A stretch of DNA of 64,000 bases from an uncultured bacterium (GCA_963726455.1 CAVSCK010000004.1:640001-704000); one strand, 5' to 3'; shown: positions 40,945 through 51,825, numbered from the stretch's first letter. The notes: generated from the letters alone by a model not told the origin. Translations and numbers: made by a program.

Positions 40945-42163
40945 TGCCAGTCCCTCACAAGCTTGCGGTCGCCAATGTAGATTTCGTTGGGAGAATTCGG
41001 ATCGAGCGCCCATTTGATGCGCGCGACCCCCTCCATGATATCTTTGACCGTACGTGCAGTAGCTCAAACGCAAATGCCCTTCCATGCCGAATTCCTTGCC
41101 CGGAACCGCCACGACCATACTTTCTCAAGCAGCATCTTGGACAGCTTGACCGAATCGTTGCTGTAAGCGCGGAAATCGGGGAGCGAATAGAAGGTGCCGT
41201 CCGGCGGAATCAGTTTCACGCCGTCGAAGGCCTTCAGTTCCTGAACCATCACATTGCGGTTGTTTTCCAGCGTCAGACGCAAGCTCTTCGACGCCACTCT
41301 GCAGACCGGTCAGCGCGCCGACTGCGGCAACCTGCGACAACAGCGGCGGACAGGATGTCGTCTGCGCCTGCACGTTCACCATCGTGTCGACGATCTGCTT
41401 GCTGGCAATCGTCCAGCCGATGCGATAGCCGGTCATGGCGTAGAGTTTCGACACGCCGTTGATCACGATCAATTTCGACTGATTGATGATCAACCTTGGA
41501 GTATTTGTAGCACGGCGTCCATTGCGCCGGCGGAAAGACCAGCTTGTGATAGATGTCATCCATGATCAGAGTAGATGCCCTTCTTCTCGCAATACTCGAC
41601 CAGACTCGCCGATGAAGTCGGCTGTATAGACCGCGCCGGAAGGATTGTTCGGGCTGTTGACGATGATCGCCTTGGTGTACGAACTGACCATGTCGGTGAC
41701 ATCATCAAGCTCGGGCTGAAATCGGCCATCCCCCGGCGTGACAATCACCGGTTTGCCGTAAACCATCTTGACCATTTCCGGATAGCTCACCCAGTACGGC
41801 GCGAGAATGATCACTTCATCGAGCGGGTTGATGATCGTCGTCAGCACTGCCGACAGTGCCTGTTTGGCGCCGTTGGAGACGATGACGTTGTCTTTGCCCG
41901 ATGACCTTGTTGTAGTTCTCTTCCATGTAGCGGATAATCGCCTTGCGCAGCGAGCCGATGCCCTCGGTCGGAGTGTAGCGAACTTCCGCAGTAGCAAGCT
42001 GGGCGGCGCAACTCAGCATGGCCTCGAAAGGAATTTTGCTTTTCGGTTCTCCTGCGCCCAGATGAATGACGGCTTCGCCGCGGTCACGCAGGTCTTGCGC
42101 CTCTTCATTCAGCTTCAGAGTCGGTGATTCGGCAATTTCACGCGCAAGCTGGCTAATGCTCAT
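40941..42163 (-). CDS. PLP-dependent aminotransferase class I/II (aspartate aminotransferase-like), frameshifted
   Basis: LGAGEP, NGAKQAL, PYWVSY, NSPNNPSG, DDIY, SKLYAMTGYRIG; stop overlaps the pckA ATG. Confidence 0.9.
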
Positions 42164-42425
42164 AGGCTTTATGCCTCGCATCCTAAAAATATAATTGCCT
42201 TCTTCCCACCGGGATAAAGCCAGAACCCGGCACGAAGAGGGCATCTTACTAGCTAATAATATGGTGTAATAGGCCCCGAGAGTCAAATAAAAGTTGTGTC
42301 GGATTGTGAAAATTGTCACGAGAAGTTAGTGGTCAAAACGCGGCGGATTCCGGTGATTGGAGGCGCTTTTTTCCGGCCTAATCGACTCGCTCCTTCCAAG
42401 AGTACGCGGTATTCATATGGCGGAT

Positions 42426-43223
42426 GCGCTCCCTCACCCCTTTTTAGCTCGCTTCTTTGACAGCTCGACTGGTATTGACTTGACCTGCGCGCTCCCTCAC
42501 CCCTAACCCCTCTCCCACTGGGAGAGGGGAAAAAGCGCTAGTTTAGAATGTTCTCCCCTCACCCCTTGGGAGAGGGGCCGGAGGTGAGGGGTTACGCGCC
42601 TGGAGTATCAGTTGAAGCACGGTTTCGAGTTTACTTTCCACCTGATCACTAGTAAATCGCAGAATTCTGTAACCGCCAGATTCCAGAATGGACCGGCGAA
42701 CAGCATCCATTTCCGCCTTGTCGGGCAAGGCGTGAATCCCGCCATCGATTTCGATGATAAGTCCGTTATCGTGGCTATAGAAGTCAGCGATGTATCGGCC
42801 GATCGCGTGCTGTCTGCGGAATTTCATGCCGTGCAATTGCCGGTTGCGGAGACACAGCCAGAGCATTTCCTCACTGTTGGTTGGATGCTTGCGGAACTCT
42901 CGACAAAGTTGGAGCAGATACGGAGGAAGTTTGTCTTTGTGGCCGAGCATTGACAGAAGATATGTGGTGGTCAAGTCATTCGCAATGGCTAGGCGCTCCC
43001 TCAAAGATCGCAGGCACAGTTGTCTCCCACGCGCTCCCTCACCCCTAACCCCTCTCCCACTGGGAGAGGGGAAAAAGATTCACGGATTTGGAATCTCTCT
43101 AGAGTCCGACGCGCTCCCTCACCCCTAACCCCTCTCCCACTGGGAGAGGGGAAAAAGCGCTAGTTTAGAATGTTCTCCCCTTGCCCTTTGGGAGAGGGGC
43201 CGGGGGTAAGGCGTTACGCGCCT
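42426..43223. repeat. REP/BIME-like array CCCTCACCCCTAACCCCTCTCCCACTGGGAGAGGGG around a DUF559 gene
   Basis: Copies at 42426 (partial), 42488, 42555 (inverted), 43030, 43110 and about 43177 (inverted); 114-bp direct repeat 42488-42601 vs 43110-43223. Confidence 0.9.
42543..42950 (-). CDS. DUF559/Vsr-like endonuclease-domain protein
   Basis: PTNSEEMLW..LRNRQL.GMKFRRQH.IG.YIADF...IIEIDGGIH...ILRF; the start may extend to 43004. Confidence 0.9.
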   Translation of the reverse strand: MLGHKDKLPPYLLQLCREFRKHPTNSEEMLWLCLRNRQLHGMKFRRQHAIGRYIADFYSHDNGLIIEIDGGIHALPDKAEMDAVRRSILESGGYRILRFTSDQVESKLETVLQLILQARNPSPPAPLPRGEGRTF

Positions 43224-43301
43224 TGCGGGTTCGATGTGACAAGACATAAATCGTTCGGGCGCCCGTGGGTCGCGAGCGCCCGTGAGGTTGAACGGGAGGA
43301 T

Positions 43302-44546
43302 TTATTTGACTACTAACTTGGCGAAATCATACCAGTCGACCTGCTCGGTGCGACCTTTATCGTCCGTGATCAAGATGCCGCGATTGTCCTCGTCGACATC
43401 GTTGGAGCCGCGCAACAAGTAGCTGCTGCCGTTGCGCAAGGTGATAGTCGCGCCGCTCTGAGAGCTTTTCTCGATCGCGGAAATTGCCGAAAACGGGATG
43501 TCCATTTCGATGCCTTTGTACTCGCCATTGAGATATTCCCAACTGAATTGCTCATCGTCATCCCACACGATCTCGCCGGCAAACTGGGAGCCGTCTTCGG
43601 TGGTCACCGCGCCCTTAACCGCCTGGCCGCCGTTGAAATCGTCGTACTTGGGAAGTTTATCCTTGGACACAGGCAGGAACTCCGCCTTCTCGAAATCGGC
43701 CCAGTCAATCTTGACTCTGCCGAACTCGGGTGACTTGACAATAATGCCGCGGTTTTCGGAGTTGATGTCGTTGGAGTTGCGGAGGATAATCTCCTTGCCA
43801 TCCTTCAGTAAGATGGTCGCCGATGTAGAAGAACGCCTCTCGATGGAGGTGATGCGATCAAAGCTGATCTTCCTTGTGCGACCGCCTTCTTCTTCTCCAT
43901 CGAGATCGTCCTTATTGAAAACTTCGTCGACATCCCATTCGATCCAGCCGGTAAACTCGCCTGCGCGCCGCGTACTGACGCGGCCGAAGAGGCGTTCCAG
44001 CCCATCGTCGGGGTCCTTGGGTTCTTTCAGGAAATCGATTTTCTCAATGTCTTCCCAATCGAAGTAGATGTCTCCCTCTTTGATATCAGAAAGCAGGATT
44101 TCGCGCACCGACGATCCGAGATCGGAACTGGCCGAGAAGGTGACTTCGCTCCCTGATTTGAGCAGCAAAGTTGCCTCCCCGTCGCCTTCATTCTGAAGCG
44201 TGCGAATATGACCGAAGGCAAGCTGGCAGGTAGACGAACCACCCAGCTCCAACACCGAACCCTCATCGCCAAACTTCAGTCCAAAGATGCTGATCGTCGT
44301 GCGGCGGTCACGGTTGCGATAATGTCGTCCCGATTTGGTTTTGGTATCCGCTTGAGACTTCAGTTCGCAGGTGCCGTCAATGAGATCATCCCAATAGGCC
44401 TCGTTCTTATCCCAGCGGATCCAGCCCTCGAAAACTTCATTGTCGGTGGTGAATAATTTGCCGTAGAGTCGTCCTGACTCGGCGAGAAGATGTTCGGTTT
44501 GAAAAAATATCAGTGCAATTGGCAACAGTAACAGTCTGCGCATCAA
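43302..44546 (-). CDS. Secreted protein of three tandem ~110-aa repeats, function unknown
   Basis: Signal peptide; G.(I/V).WD..E, AT..L..G, S(N/S)D and DW.D recur three times. Confidence 0.8.
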   Translation of the reverse strand: MMRRLLLLPIALIFFQTEHLLAESGRLYGKLFTTDNEVFEGWIRWDKNEAYWDDLIDGTCELKSQADTKTKSGRHYRNRDRRTTISIFGLKFGDEGSVLELGGSSTCQLAFGHIRTLQNEGDGEATLLLKSGSEVTFSASSDLGSSVREILLSDIKEGDIYFDWEDIEKIDFLKEPKDPDDGLERLFGRVSTRRAGEFTGWIEWDVDEVFNKDDLDGEEEGGRTRKISFDRITSIERRSSTSATILLKDGKEIILRNSNDINSENRGIIVKSPEFGRVKIDWADFEKAEFLPVSKDKLPKYDDFNGGQAVKGAVTTEDGSQFAGEIVWDDDEQFSWEYLNGEYKGIEMDIPFSAISAIEKSSQSGATITLRNGSSYLLRGSNDVDEDNRGILITDDKGRTEQVDWYDFAKLVVK

Positions 44547-44766
44547 CTATCCTCCCAAAGATGACTGAATTTAACTGTCTATCATTACGAGGGTTGTCGG
44601 GAATTGTTTCGTTGAGGGAAAAAGAATTTTCGACTCCGGTGACACCGAAAATCGCAGGAGCGAGCCGGAATGACTCGCTCCAGGAGACGCTGTCTTGACA
44701 GTGGCGCGGATTCCAATCCTTGGAGGCGCCTGCAAGACCTAAGAGCGCGCGCTGCAGTCAGCGGCG

Positions 44767-46047
44767 CTAAAAATCAAAGTCGACGAGAACAGTAAATTGG
44801 TCCTCTTGCAATTTATCTTCTATTCCTGTTTGCCTGTGCGTGTACTCGGCATGAAGCGCAACATTCACCGCCGTCCAGTCGCCCAGATAATATCGCAATA
44901 GAAACGAGAATGCCCTGATGCGGCTCTCGCGGTCACGGGTAGGCGTTTCGACCCAGTTGTACATTGTAGAAGCCAGCAAACGGTTATTGGGCAATGCCGC
45001 CAGATCCAATTCGACGAACCCCCCATTATACTTGTAATCGCCCATATGGGGATCCGAGCTCGGATTGATAGCGCCATCATCAGTACCGTGGAGGAACAGG
45101 CCGCGCACGTTGAAGGTCCCGAAGTTCAGACTGGTCTCGAGACCGAGACGGTAGAACTTCTTATTGTGCGTGCCACCGTTCTCACCGGTCGGAGCAACGA
45201 TTGGACCAAGTTCGGTAGGCACCCAGCCGACATATCCGAGGCCGCCGACGCGATATCCCGCGCTCTGGCCTTCCCCACCACCAAACACCTGATACACCGA
45301 TGCATACCAGTCTTTCGTCCTGTTATTGTCCGGACGCGAACCAGTGCCGTTTACGACGCCCAATCCGTAATGGGTGCCCGTCTTGAAATGGCCGGTAGCT
45401 TCCAGACCAAATTGATTGTCATCGAAAACAAAACTATTGCCCGGAGTCTGGAAGCCGTAAACCTCGTACGGAGTCATTATGTAGTATGAACGCTTGGAGC
45501 TGATAGCGTGATACGCCGGCTCGAATCGTCCGACGCGCAGACTCAATTTGTCCTTAACCAAATTGCTGAAAACGGCATTGACCGATTCCAGCGCACCGGG
45601 TTGGCTGGCGTCGGAATTGTTGTAAGCACCAGTCGGTTCATCTATGCGCGGAGTGTAAATCAGCATAAACGAAATGTTCTGATGCAGCACTCCGGAAGCC
45701 AGCAGATCAAAACCATAGACACCAAAGCCGCTCGTGGTTCCCGCCACTGTTCTCGTAGAATTGGGACGTTCCAGTTTAGAGTGATACATTGACGCGCCGG
45801 TTGAGGTGCGCATGGAGATTGGCGGCCAGGATTCGATAATGTTCTTCTCATTACCTTCCTGACCCATTACCTGGTATCCGTTATCGCGGTAGCGTTGGCC
45901 CCAGTCATTCAGCTTCGTAAACGATGTGTGGCAGTTGTTGCAATTAAAACCGTACTTCCGCGAAAACGCGGGAATGGCGCTTACCGAATCAGCCAACAGC
46001 AGGCCGAAAAAGATCGCGATCATTGACAAAGCAAATAGTCTTTTCAT
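44767..46047 (-). CDS. Outer-membrane beta-barrel with N-terminal c-type heme motif
   Basis: Signal peptide, IPAFSRKYGFNCNNCH..KLN..G..YR.NGY, porin-like strands, terminal DF. Confidence 0.85.
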   Translation of the reverse strand: MKRLFALSMIAIFFGLLLADSVSAIPAFSRKYGFNCNNCHTSFTKLNDWGQRYRDNGYQVMGQEGNEKNIIESWPPISMRTSTGASMYHSKLERPNSTRTVAGTTSGFGVYGFDLLASGVLHQNISFMLIYTPRIDEPTGAYNNSDASQPGALESVNAVFSNLVKDKLSLRVGRFEPAYHAISSKRSYYIMTPYEVYGFQTPGNSFVFDDNQFGLEATGHFKTGTHYGLGVVNGTGSRPDNNRTKDWYASVYQVFGGGEGQSAGYRVGGLGYVGWVPTELGPIVAPTGENGGTHNKKFYRLGLETSLNFGTFNVRGLFLHGTDDGAINPSSDPHMGDYKYNGGFVELDLAALPNNRLLASTMYNWVETPTRDRESRIRAFSFLLRYYLGDWTAVNVALHAEYTHRQTGIEDKLQEDQFTVLVDFDF

Positions 46048-46058
46048 AATCGTCTCCC

Positions 46059-47128
46059 CTATTCAGGCATCTCGGACTGAGGAATCGGTTTCTCATCGGC
46101 AACAGCCGCGTTCGTGCTGACGACAGCCCGCTTCATGAATGCCACCAGCGCGGCGACTTCGGTCTTTGACAAGCCGAGCGGAACCATCAGAGGATCGAGA
46201 TTCGACTTATCCGGCCCGCCGCCACGATTATAGAGCGCGACGACATCCTCAAGGGTCTTCTCGCCGCCCGTGTGCATGTAAGGAGCGCGTTTGGCAGCGT
46301 CGCGAACGGTCGGCGTTTTGAAGGCGCCCTTGTCATCAGGATCCTTGGAAATCGCAAAGCGACCGTCATCCGGTTTCTGGCCGGCAGGCGGCGCAACGCC
46401 GAGATTATGAAAACGACCGTCGCTCATGTAACCGCCCCAATGACAAGAAGAGCAGTGTCCTTTGCCGTTGAATATCTCGAGCCCCTGTTTCTCCTGCTTG
46501 GTCAGAGCTGACTTGTCGCCGCGAACGTAGCGGTCGAATGGCGAGTCGGTAGTTACAATCGTGCGTTCGTAGGCGGCAATCGCCTGGGCAACTTGGTCGA
46601 CTGTAATGGGAGTAGTGCCGAACACCTGCTTGAACTCGTCGACGTAGCCGGTCAACTTGCTCAGACTCTGAATCATGACTTCGTGGGTGTTGCCCATTTC
46701 AATCGGATTCTGAATCGGTCCCTTTGCCTGTTCTTCCAGACTCGGTGCACGACCGTCCCAGAATTGCAGCGGGCTGTAAGCGGCGTTGACAACCGGCGGA
46801 GCGCGCCGGCCCCCAGTTGGCCGCGAATACCTTTACTCGTGGGACCGGCATCCGACCATCCCATAGCCGGATCGTGGCAGGTTGCGCAACTGACCGTGTT
46901 GTCGGCTGACAAGCGCGTGTCGAAGTAAAGCTTCTTGCCGAGCAGAATTTTTGCCGCAGTCTGCGGATTGTCCGGTGGCGCTACAATCGCCGGCAGGTTT
47001 CCTATTCTTTCTGGTCCAAGGGAATGTACATTTACCGCGGTAAGAGGAACCGGGGCGTTGTCGTCTGCCAGTGCGACTATCGCCGCCAGCAGGACTAATG
47101 AGACAACCAAAAAACAAAGTCTGTTCAT
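46059..47128 (-). CDS. Di-heme cytochrome c peroxidase (bCcP/MauG superfamily), one frameshift near 46805
   Basis: [34 protein letters not shown]. Confidence 0.9.
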
Positions 47129-47467
47129 CAGGCCTTCTCCTTTCGGTTGGAATTCTCTAGCTCCGTGACATAGATGCGTGGAGCATCTGGACTACCTTTG
47201 TCCTCTGAATTGCCAATTTCCCCGCGAATGTCAAACTAAAACTTTCGCCGGCAATCACGACACTTTCTGTCCCCTAAAAGCGAAAGGAGCCCGTCGCGTA
47301 AACGAGCTCCCTCGGGACCCTGTTCCTCCTGCCCTTCGAAACCTTTCCCTTGATCCACTAGTTATTATTGGAATCCTCACTGTCAGATCCTGTCAGTGAC
47401 TTGAAAAAAATTCAAAAAAATGTGACGGTACGGTCACGGCAAGGCTGACAGCGGCAACGTTTCAATG

Positions 47468-47496
47468 TTGACAGTACCGCATAACAGACGTATCCT
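47468..47496 (+). promoter_or_regulatory. Sigma-70-type promoter
   Basis: TTGACA-N17-TATCCT upstream of the zf-TFIIB/lemA operon. Confidence 0.6.
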
Positions 47497-47527
47497 TTTG
47501 GCCATCTCACCGTATAAGGAGACCTGA

Positions 47528-47913
47528 ATGAATTGTGTCGCCTGTAATGAGCCGATGGTGGTTCTGGAAATAGCCGAAGTGGAAATAGATCACTGCCTTG
47601 CGTGCGGCGGTGTCTGGCTCGATTCGGGTGAGATTGAGCTACTGTTGGGCGACGAGCACGAGGCCAAGAAGCTGTTACAGCAGATTGGATCGAGAGAAAA
47701 CCGTCAGCATGGCAAGCGAAAATGCCCGATCTGCCTGAAGAAGATGGAAATTGTCATCGGTCGGATACGGATGACAAAGTGCAACTTGACTGGTGCTCAA
47801 GACACCACGGTGTCTGGTTTGACCGCGGCGAACTGGAAGAGGTCCTGAAGATATTTGACGCCGACCGGCACAGCGAGGTCATCGGACTACTGAAACAAGT
47901 GTTTCGAAAATAG
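47528..47913 (+). CDS. Double zf-TFIIB-like zinc-ribbon protein, frameshifted
   Basis: C..C...IDHC..CGGVWLDSGE and second half LDWC..HHGVWFDRGEL. Confidence 0.8.
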
Positions 47914-47939
47914 ATATCGTTCAAAGAAAGGGTTACTAG

Positions 47940-48503
47940 ATGGTTGTCCTGTTTATTTTTCTGGCCATTGTTGTCGTGATTGTCTTCTGGCTGGTGGGTA
48001 TGTACAACTCGCTGGTCGGATTGCGCAATCAGGTCAAGAACGCCTGGGCGCAGATTGATGTCCAACTCAAACGCCGTCACGATTTGATCCCCAACCTGGT
48101 GGAGACGGCGAAGGGATACATGCAGCACGAGCGCGGCACGCTGGAAGCCGTCACCAACGCGCGCGGCAAGGCCATGGGCGCCGAGTCGGTCGGCGACAAA
48201 GCCAAAGCCGAGGGCGAACTTTCCGGCGCCATCAGCCGCTTCATGTTGGTCGTAGAGAATTATCCCGACCTCAAGGCGAATCAGAATTTCCTGGCGCTGC
48301 AGGAAGAATTGACGTCGACGGAAAACAAGATCGCGTTCAGCCGGCAGGCCTACAACGACCAGGTGCTGTTCTTTAACAACAAGATTCAGATGTTTCCGTC
48401 GAGTATCATTGCCGGTATGTTCAACTTCCAGCAGAGCGAATTCTTCGAACTGGAAGACAAAGGTGATCGTGAGGCGCCGAAAGTTGATTTCACGCAGAAG
48501 TAG
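47940..48503 (+). CDS. lemA: LemA family protein
   Basis: YNSLV, IDVQLKRRHDLIPNLV, ENYPDLKA, ENKIAFSRQAYN. Confidence 0.95.
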   Translation: MVVLFIFLAIVVVIVFWLVGMYNSLVGLRNQVKNAWAQIDVQLKRRHDLIPNLVETAKGYMQHERGTLEAVTNARGKAMGAESVGDKAKAEGELSGAISRFMLVVENYPDLKANQNFLALQEELTSTENKIAFSRQAYNDQVLFFNNKIQMFPSSIIAGMFNFQQSEFFELEDKGDREAPKVDFTQK

Positions 48504-48540
48504 GAATGTGTCAACTCATCCGGTTTCTGGGCGGTAGATC

Positions 48541-49996
48541 ATGTGGGAATTGATCAAGCAGAATCAGCGCAAATCGCTGGTGCTGTTCTTCCTGATGGGC
48601 TGTTGCCTGGTGTTGCTTGGGCTATCTGCTGGGGGCGGCGTATGCTGCCTCCCGATGGCGGCATGCTTGGTATCACGACTGGCGCTAATCATCTGGCTGA
48701 TTCTGTCGTTCATCAGTTTCTTTGCCGGCGACAGCATTGTGCTCAGTGTGAGCGGCGCCAAAGAAGTCACGCGCGACAGTTCATCCACAGCTCTTCAACG
48801 TAGTCGAAGAGATGAAAATCGCCGGCAGTCTGCCCGCAATGCCGAAGGTCTATATCATGGACACGGAGGCGCCCAATGCCTTCGCGACAGGGCGCAAACC
48901 GGAAAACTGCGCGATTGCGGTGACGGCCGGTCTTTTGTCGCGGCTGAATCGCGATGAACTTCAGGGCGTAGTCGCGCACGAGACCTCGCACATCATCAAT
49001 CGAGATGTTCTATTCATGACCTTCGCGGGGATAATGCTGGGAAGCATTGTCCTGATTTCGGAAATCTTCCTGCGCGGGTTGTGGTTCTCCGGCGGCTCGT
49101 CGCGTCGCTATCGTTCGAGTTCCGATCGCGGCGGCGGACAGGGCCAGGCGATTGTTGCGATAGTGGCGATTCTGTTTGCGATTCTCGCGCCGATTCTGGC
49201 ACAGCTACTTTATTTTGCGATTTCCAGGCGGCGGGAATATCTCGCGGATGCTTCGGCGGTGCGGTTGACTCGTTACCCGGAAGGTTTGGCATCGGCTCTC
49301 GAAAAGATCTCGACATCATCCGAACAACTGCCGCGAGCGAACAAGGTCACGGCGCCGATGTATATTGTCAACCCGCTCAAGCGCGAGGGCGAGAAGCTGT
49401 CTGATCTGACCAGCACACATCCACCGATTTCGGAGCGAATCAAGATTTTGCGTGGCATGGCGCAGGGTGCGGGATATCTCGACTACCAGCAGTCTTTCAG
49501 CCGTGTTACCGGGCAGAGTAAGATCATTCCGGATTCAGAATTGAAGGACGCTGCTGCTGTTCCGGTTCGCGCCTCGTCGGGAGAAACAGCGCCAAGTCCG
49601 TCTGACAGATCGGTCAAACGCGGCGTCGGCGACATTGTACGCGCGATGAATGGGTTCCTGTTTCTCACCTGCACTTGCGGACTCAAGATCAAGATTCCGC
49701 CTGACTTCAAACAGAGTGCTCTCCCCTGCCCGCGTTGCGGCAGGGAGTTGAAAGTCCCGACAGCGGAATTGGCGACGGTAGCAGCAGGTCTCGAAGCTGC
49801 GGAAGGTAAACTACCTTCTGATACTAGCACGGTGTTGCAGGCCGCAGCGACATACACTCGCAAAGGTTCCGGATGGGAGACGTTCAACTGTGTCTGCGGA
49901 AAACCGATCCAGATTTCACCGGCATTTAGCGGTACGAAAATCACCTGCAGTTCCTGCGGGCGGGAAACTCAAATACTTGGCGGCGCGGCAAATTAG
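48541..49996 (+). CDS. htpX: HtpX-like M48 protease with C-terminal zinc ribbons, frameshifted at the N-terminus
   Basis: PNAFATG, AHETSH, SRRREYLAD, STHPP; CTCG/CPRC/CVCG/CSSC tail. Confidence 0.88.
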
Positions 49997-50053
49997 CTGA
50001 CATTAGAATTTGGCCAGTATAATAATCAATCAAATGAAGAGGTTATCCAGAGA

Positions 50054-50809
50054 ATGATAAGTCTCAAAGGTAAGACCGCACTAATCACCGGCGCATCGCG
50101 CGGCATCGGCAAAGCAACGGCAATCATACTGGCAAAAGCGGGCTGCGATGTGGCGATTAATTACTTATCCAATGATCGGGCGGCAGATGAAGTCGTAAAG
50201 AGCGCGTCGGCTCTGGGAGTACGTGCCGTCAAAGTCAAAGCCGATTTGGCCGATCGTGCGCAGACAACGCATATGGTCGGCGAAGTCGTAAAGCGGCTCG
50301 GACGGCTAGATATTCTGGTAAACAACGGCGGCATCTGGAAAGAGGCGGCGATCGACACTATGACCGAAGCGCAGTTACGCGAGACAGTGGATATCAATTT
50401 GATGGGAGTGTTTTACGCGATCGGCGCCGCAGTGCCGCAAATGAAGCAGCAAAGATCAGGCAATATCATTAGTATATCATCTACCGCCGGTCAGCGCGGC
50501 GAACCATTTCACTCTCACTATGCAGCCACCAAAGGGGCCGTTATTAGTCTTACAAAGTCGCTCGCTCCCGAGTTGGCGGCGTTCAATATCCGTGTGAACT
50601 GCGTGGCGCCCGGTTGGGTTGACACCGATATGACGACTGATTCTCTGGCCGCGCCTGATGCAGACAAGATTCTGAATCTAATTCCCCTGGGACGTGTCGG
50701 CACACCGGACGAGATTGCCGGCGCAGTGCTGTTCCTTGCATCCGAGCTCTCAACTTTCATTACCGGTGAAATTCTGAATGTGAACGGTGGCGCGGTATTG
50801 TGCGGTTAA
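50054..50809 (+). CDS. SDR oxidoreductase (FabG-like)
   Basis: TGASRGIG, NNGG, YAATK, VNCVAPG. Confidence 0.92.
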   Translation: MISLKGKTALITGASRGIGKATAIILAKAGCDVAINYLSNDRAADEVVKSASALGVRAVKVKADLADRAQTTHMVGEVVKRLGRLDILVNNGGIWKEAAIDTMTEAQLRETVDINLMGVFYAIGAAVPQMKQQRSGNIISISSTAGQRGEPFHSHYAATKGAVISLTKSLAPELAAFNIRVNCVAPGWVDTDMTTDSLAAPDADKILNLIPLGRVGTPDEIAGAVLFLASELSTFITGEILNVNGGAVLCG

Positions 50810-50838
50810 CCGCAGGCGCGATGAATATGCCCACGCTA

Positions 50839-51147
50839 TTCCCCTCTTGTGAGAGGAATAAATGGGTTGTGTCAAATTGCACATAATGCAAGACGCCACC
50901 TTTAATATTTAGGTGTTTGTTCCTCTCTTGAGAGGGGAATACAAGGGGTGTGTCACTTGGCAACTTCATACCCAAACAAATGGATCGCGCTACGTGCCTC
51001 CCACGCTGGCTAGTTATTCTCCTCTTGAGAGGGGAATACAAGGGGTGTGTCATTTGGCGACCAGGCACCCGAACAAATCAATCGAACTACGTGCTCTCCG
51101 CGTTAGCGAGTTATTCCCCTCTTGAGAGGGGAACAAAAGGGGTGTGT
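50839..51147. repeat. Four direct copies of TTCCCCTCTTGAGAGGGGAATACAAGGGGTGTGT
   Basis: Starts at 50839, 50920, 51017 and 51114. Confidence 0.9.
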
Positions 51148-51168
51148 TCTTCGAGTAGCTCCTTCGAT

Positions 51169-51546
51169 CTACGAATTCCGTTTTCCGCGCTCAACAATCC
51201 ATTCTCGTATCGACACAATCACCCCCGACAGATTGTCCTTCACGTCCCTATCGAGCAACCGCAGCACGGTAATGCCGAGTTCCTCCAATCGACGCTGACG
51301 AGATTCATCTTTCTCTAAGCGGTCGTTGTGACTTGAGCCGTCAATTTCGATGGCGAGCATGAGTTCGTTACAAAAGAAGTCCACAATGAAAGTGGCAATC
51401 GGCTTCTGCCTGTGAAAGTCAAAACCAAGCATCTGTTTGCCCTTCAACTGCCGCCACAATAGCACTTCGGAGAGCGTGCTGTTGCGGCAAAGCAATCTGG
51501 CACGCTCCTTTAGTCTGGCGTCGTACGGGAGAATCTTTCTTCTCAT
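51169..51546 (-). CDS. DUF559/Vsr-like endonuclease-domain protein
   Basis: TLSEVLLW..LKGKQMLGFDFHRQKPI..FIVDFFC..LAIEIDGSSH. Confidence 0.9.
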   Translation of the reverse strand: MRRKILPYDARLKERARLLCRNSTLSEVLLWRQLKGKQMLGFDFHRQKPIATFIVDFFCNELMLAIEIDGSSHNDRLEKDESRQRRLEELGITVLRLLDRDVKDNLSGVIVSIREWIVERGKRNS

Positions 51547-51548
51547 CT

Positions 51549-51742
51549 AACACACCCCTTGTCTTCCCCTCTCAAGAGGGGAAGAACGCCTAAATGTTAA
51601 GAGTGTCGTGTTGTGTGACGTGCAACTTGACAACCCCTTGTATTCCCCTCTCAAGAGGGAAAGAACGCCTAAATGTTAAGAGTGCCATGTTCTATGCCGC
51701 GCAACTTGACACACTCCTTTTGTTCCCCTCTCAAGAGGGGAA
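51549..51742. repeat. Three inverted copies of the same repeat, about 80-bp period
   Basis: Copies at 51549-51583, 51629-51662 and 51708-51742. Confidence 0.9.
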
Positions 51743-51825
51743 GAACTCACTCACTGTGCTCCCATCGCAAACTTTGGATTATCAAGTTGGTCAAAGGATT
51801 GACGCAGAAGGGCGATTTCCCGCCC

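Noticed and set aside
42426-43223. CRISPR array or classical IS element
   Set aside because: Mixed orientations, no unique spacers, no transposase motif and no terminal inverted repeat with target duplication.
50839-51742. CRISPR array
   Set aside because: Spacers resemble each other and vary from about 45 to 63 nt, repeats flip orientation across the gene, and there are no cas genes.
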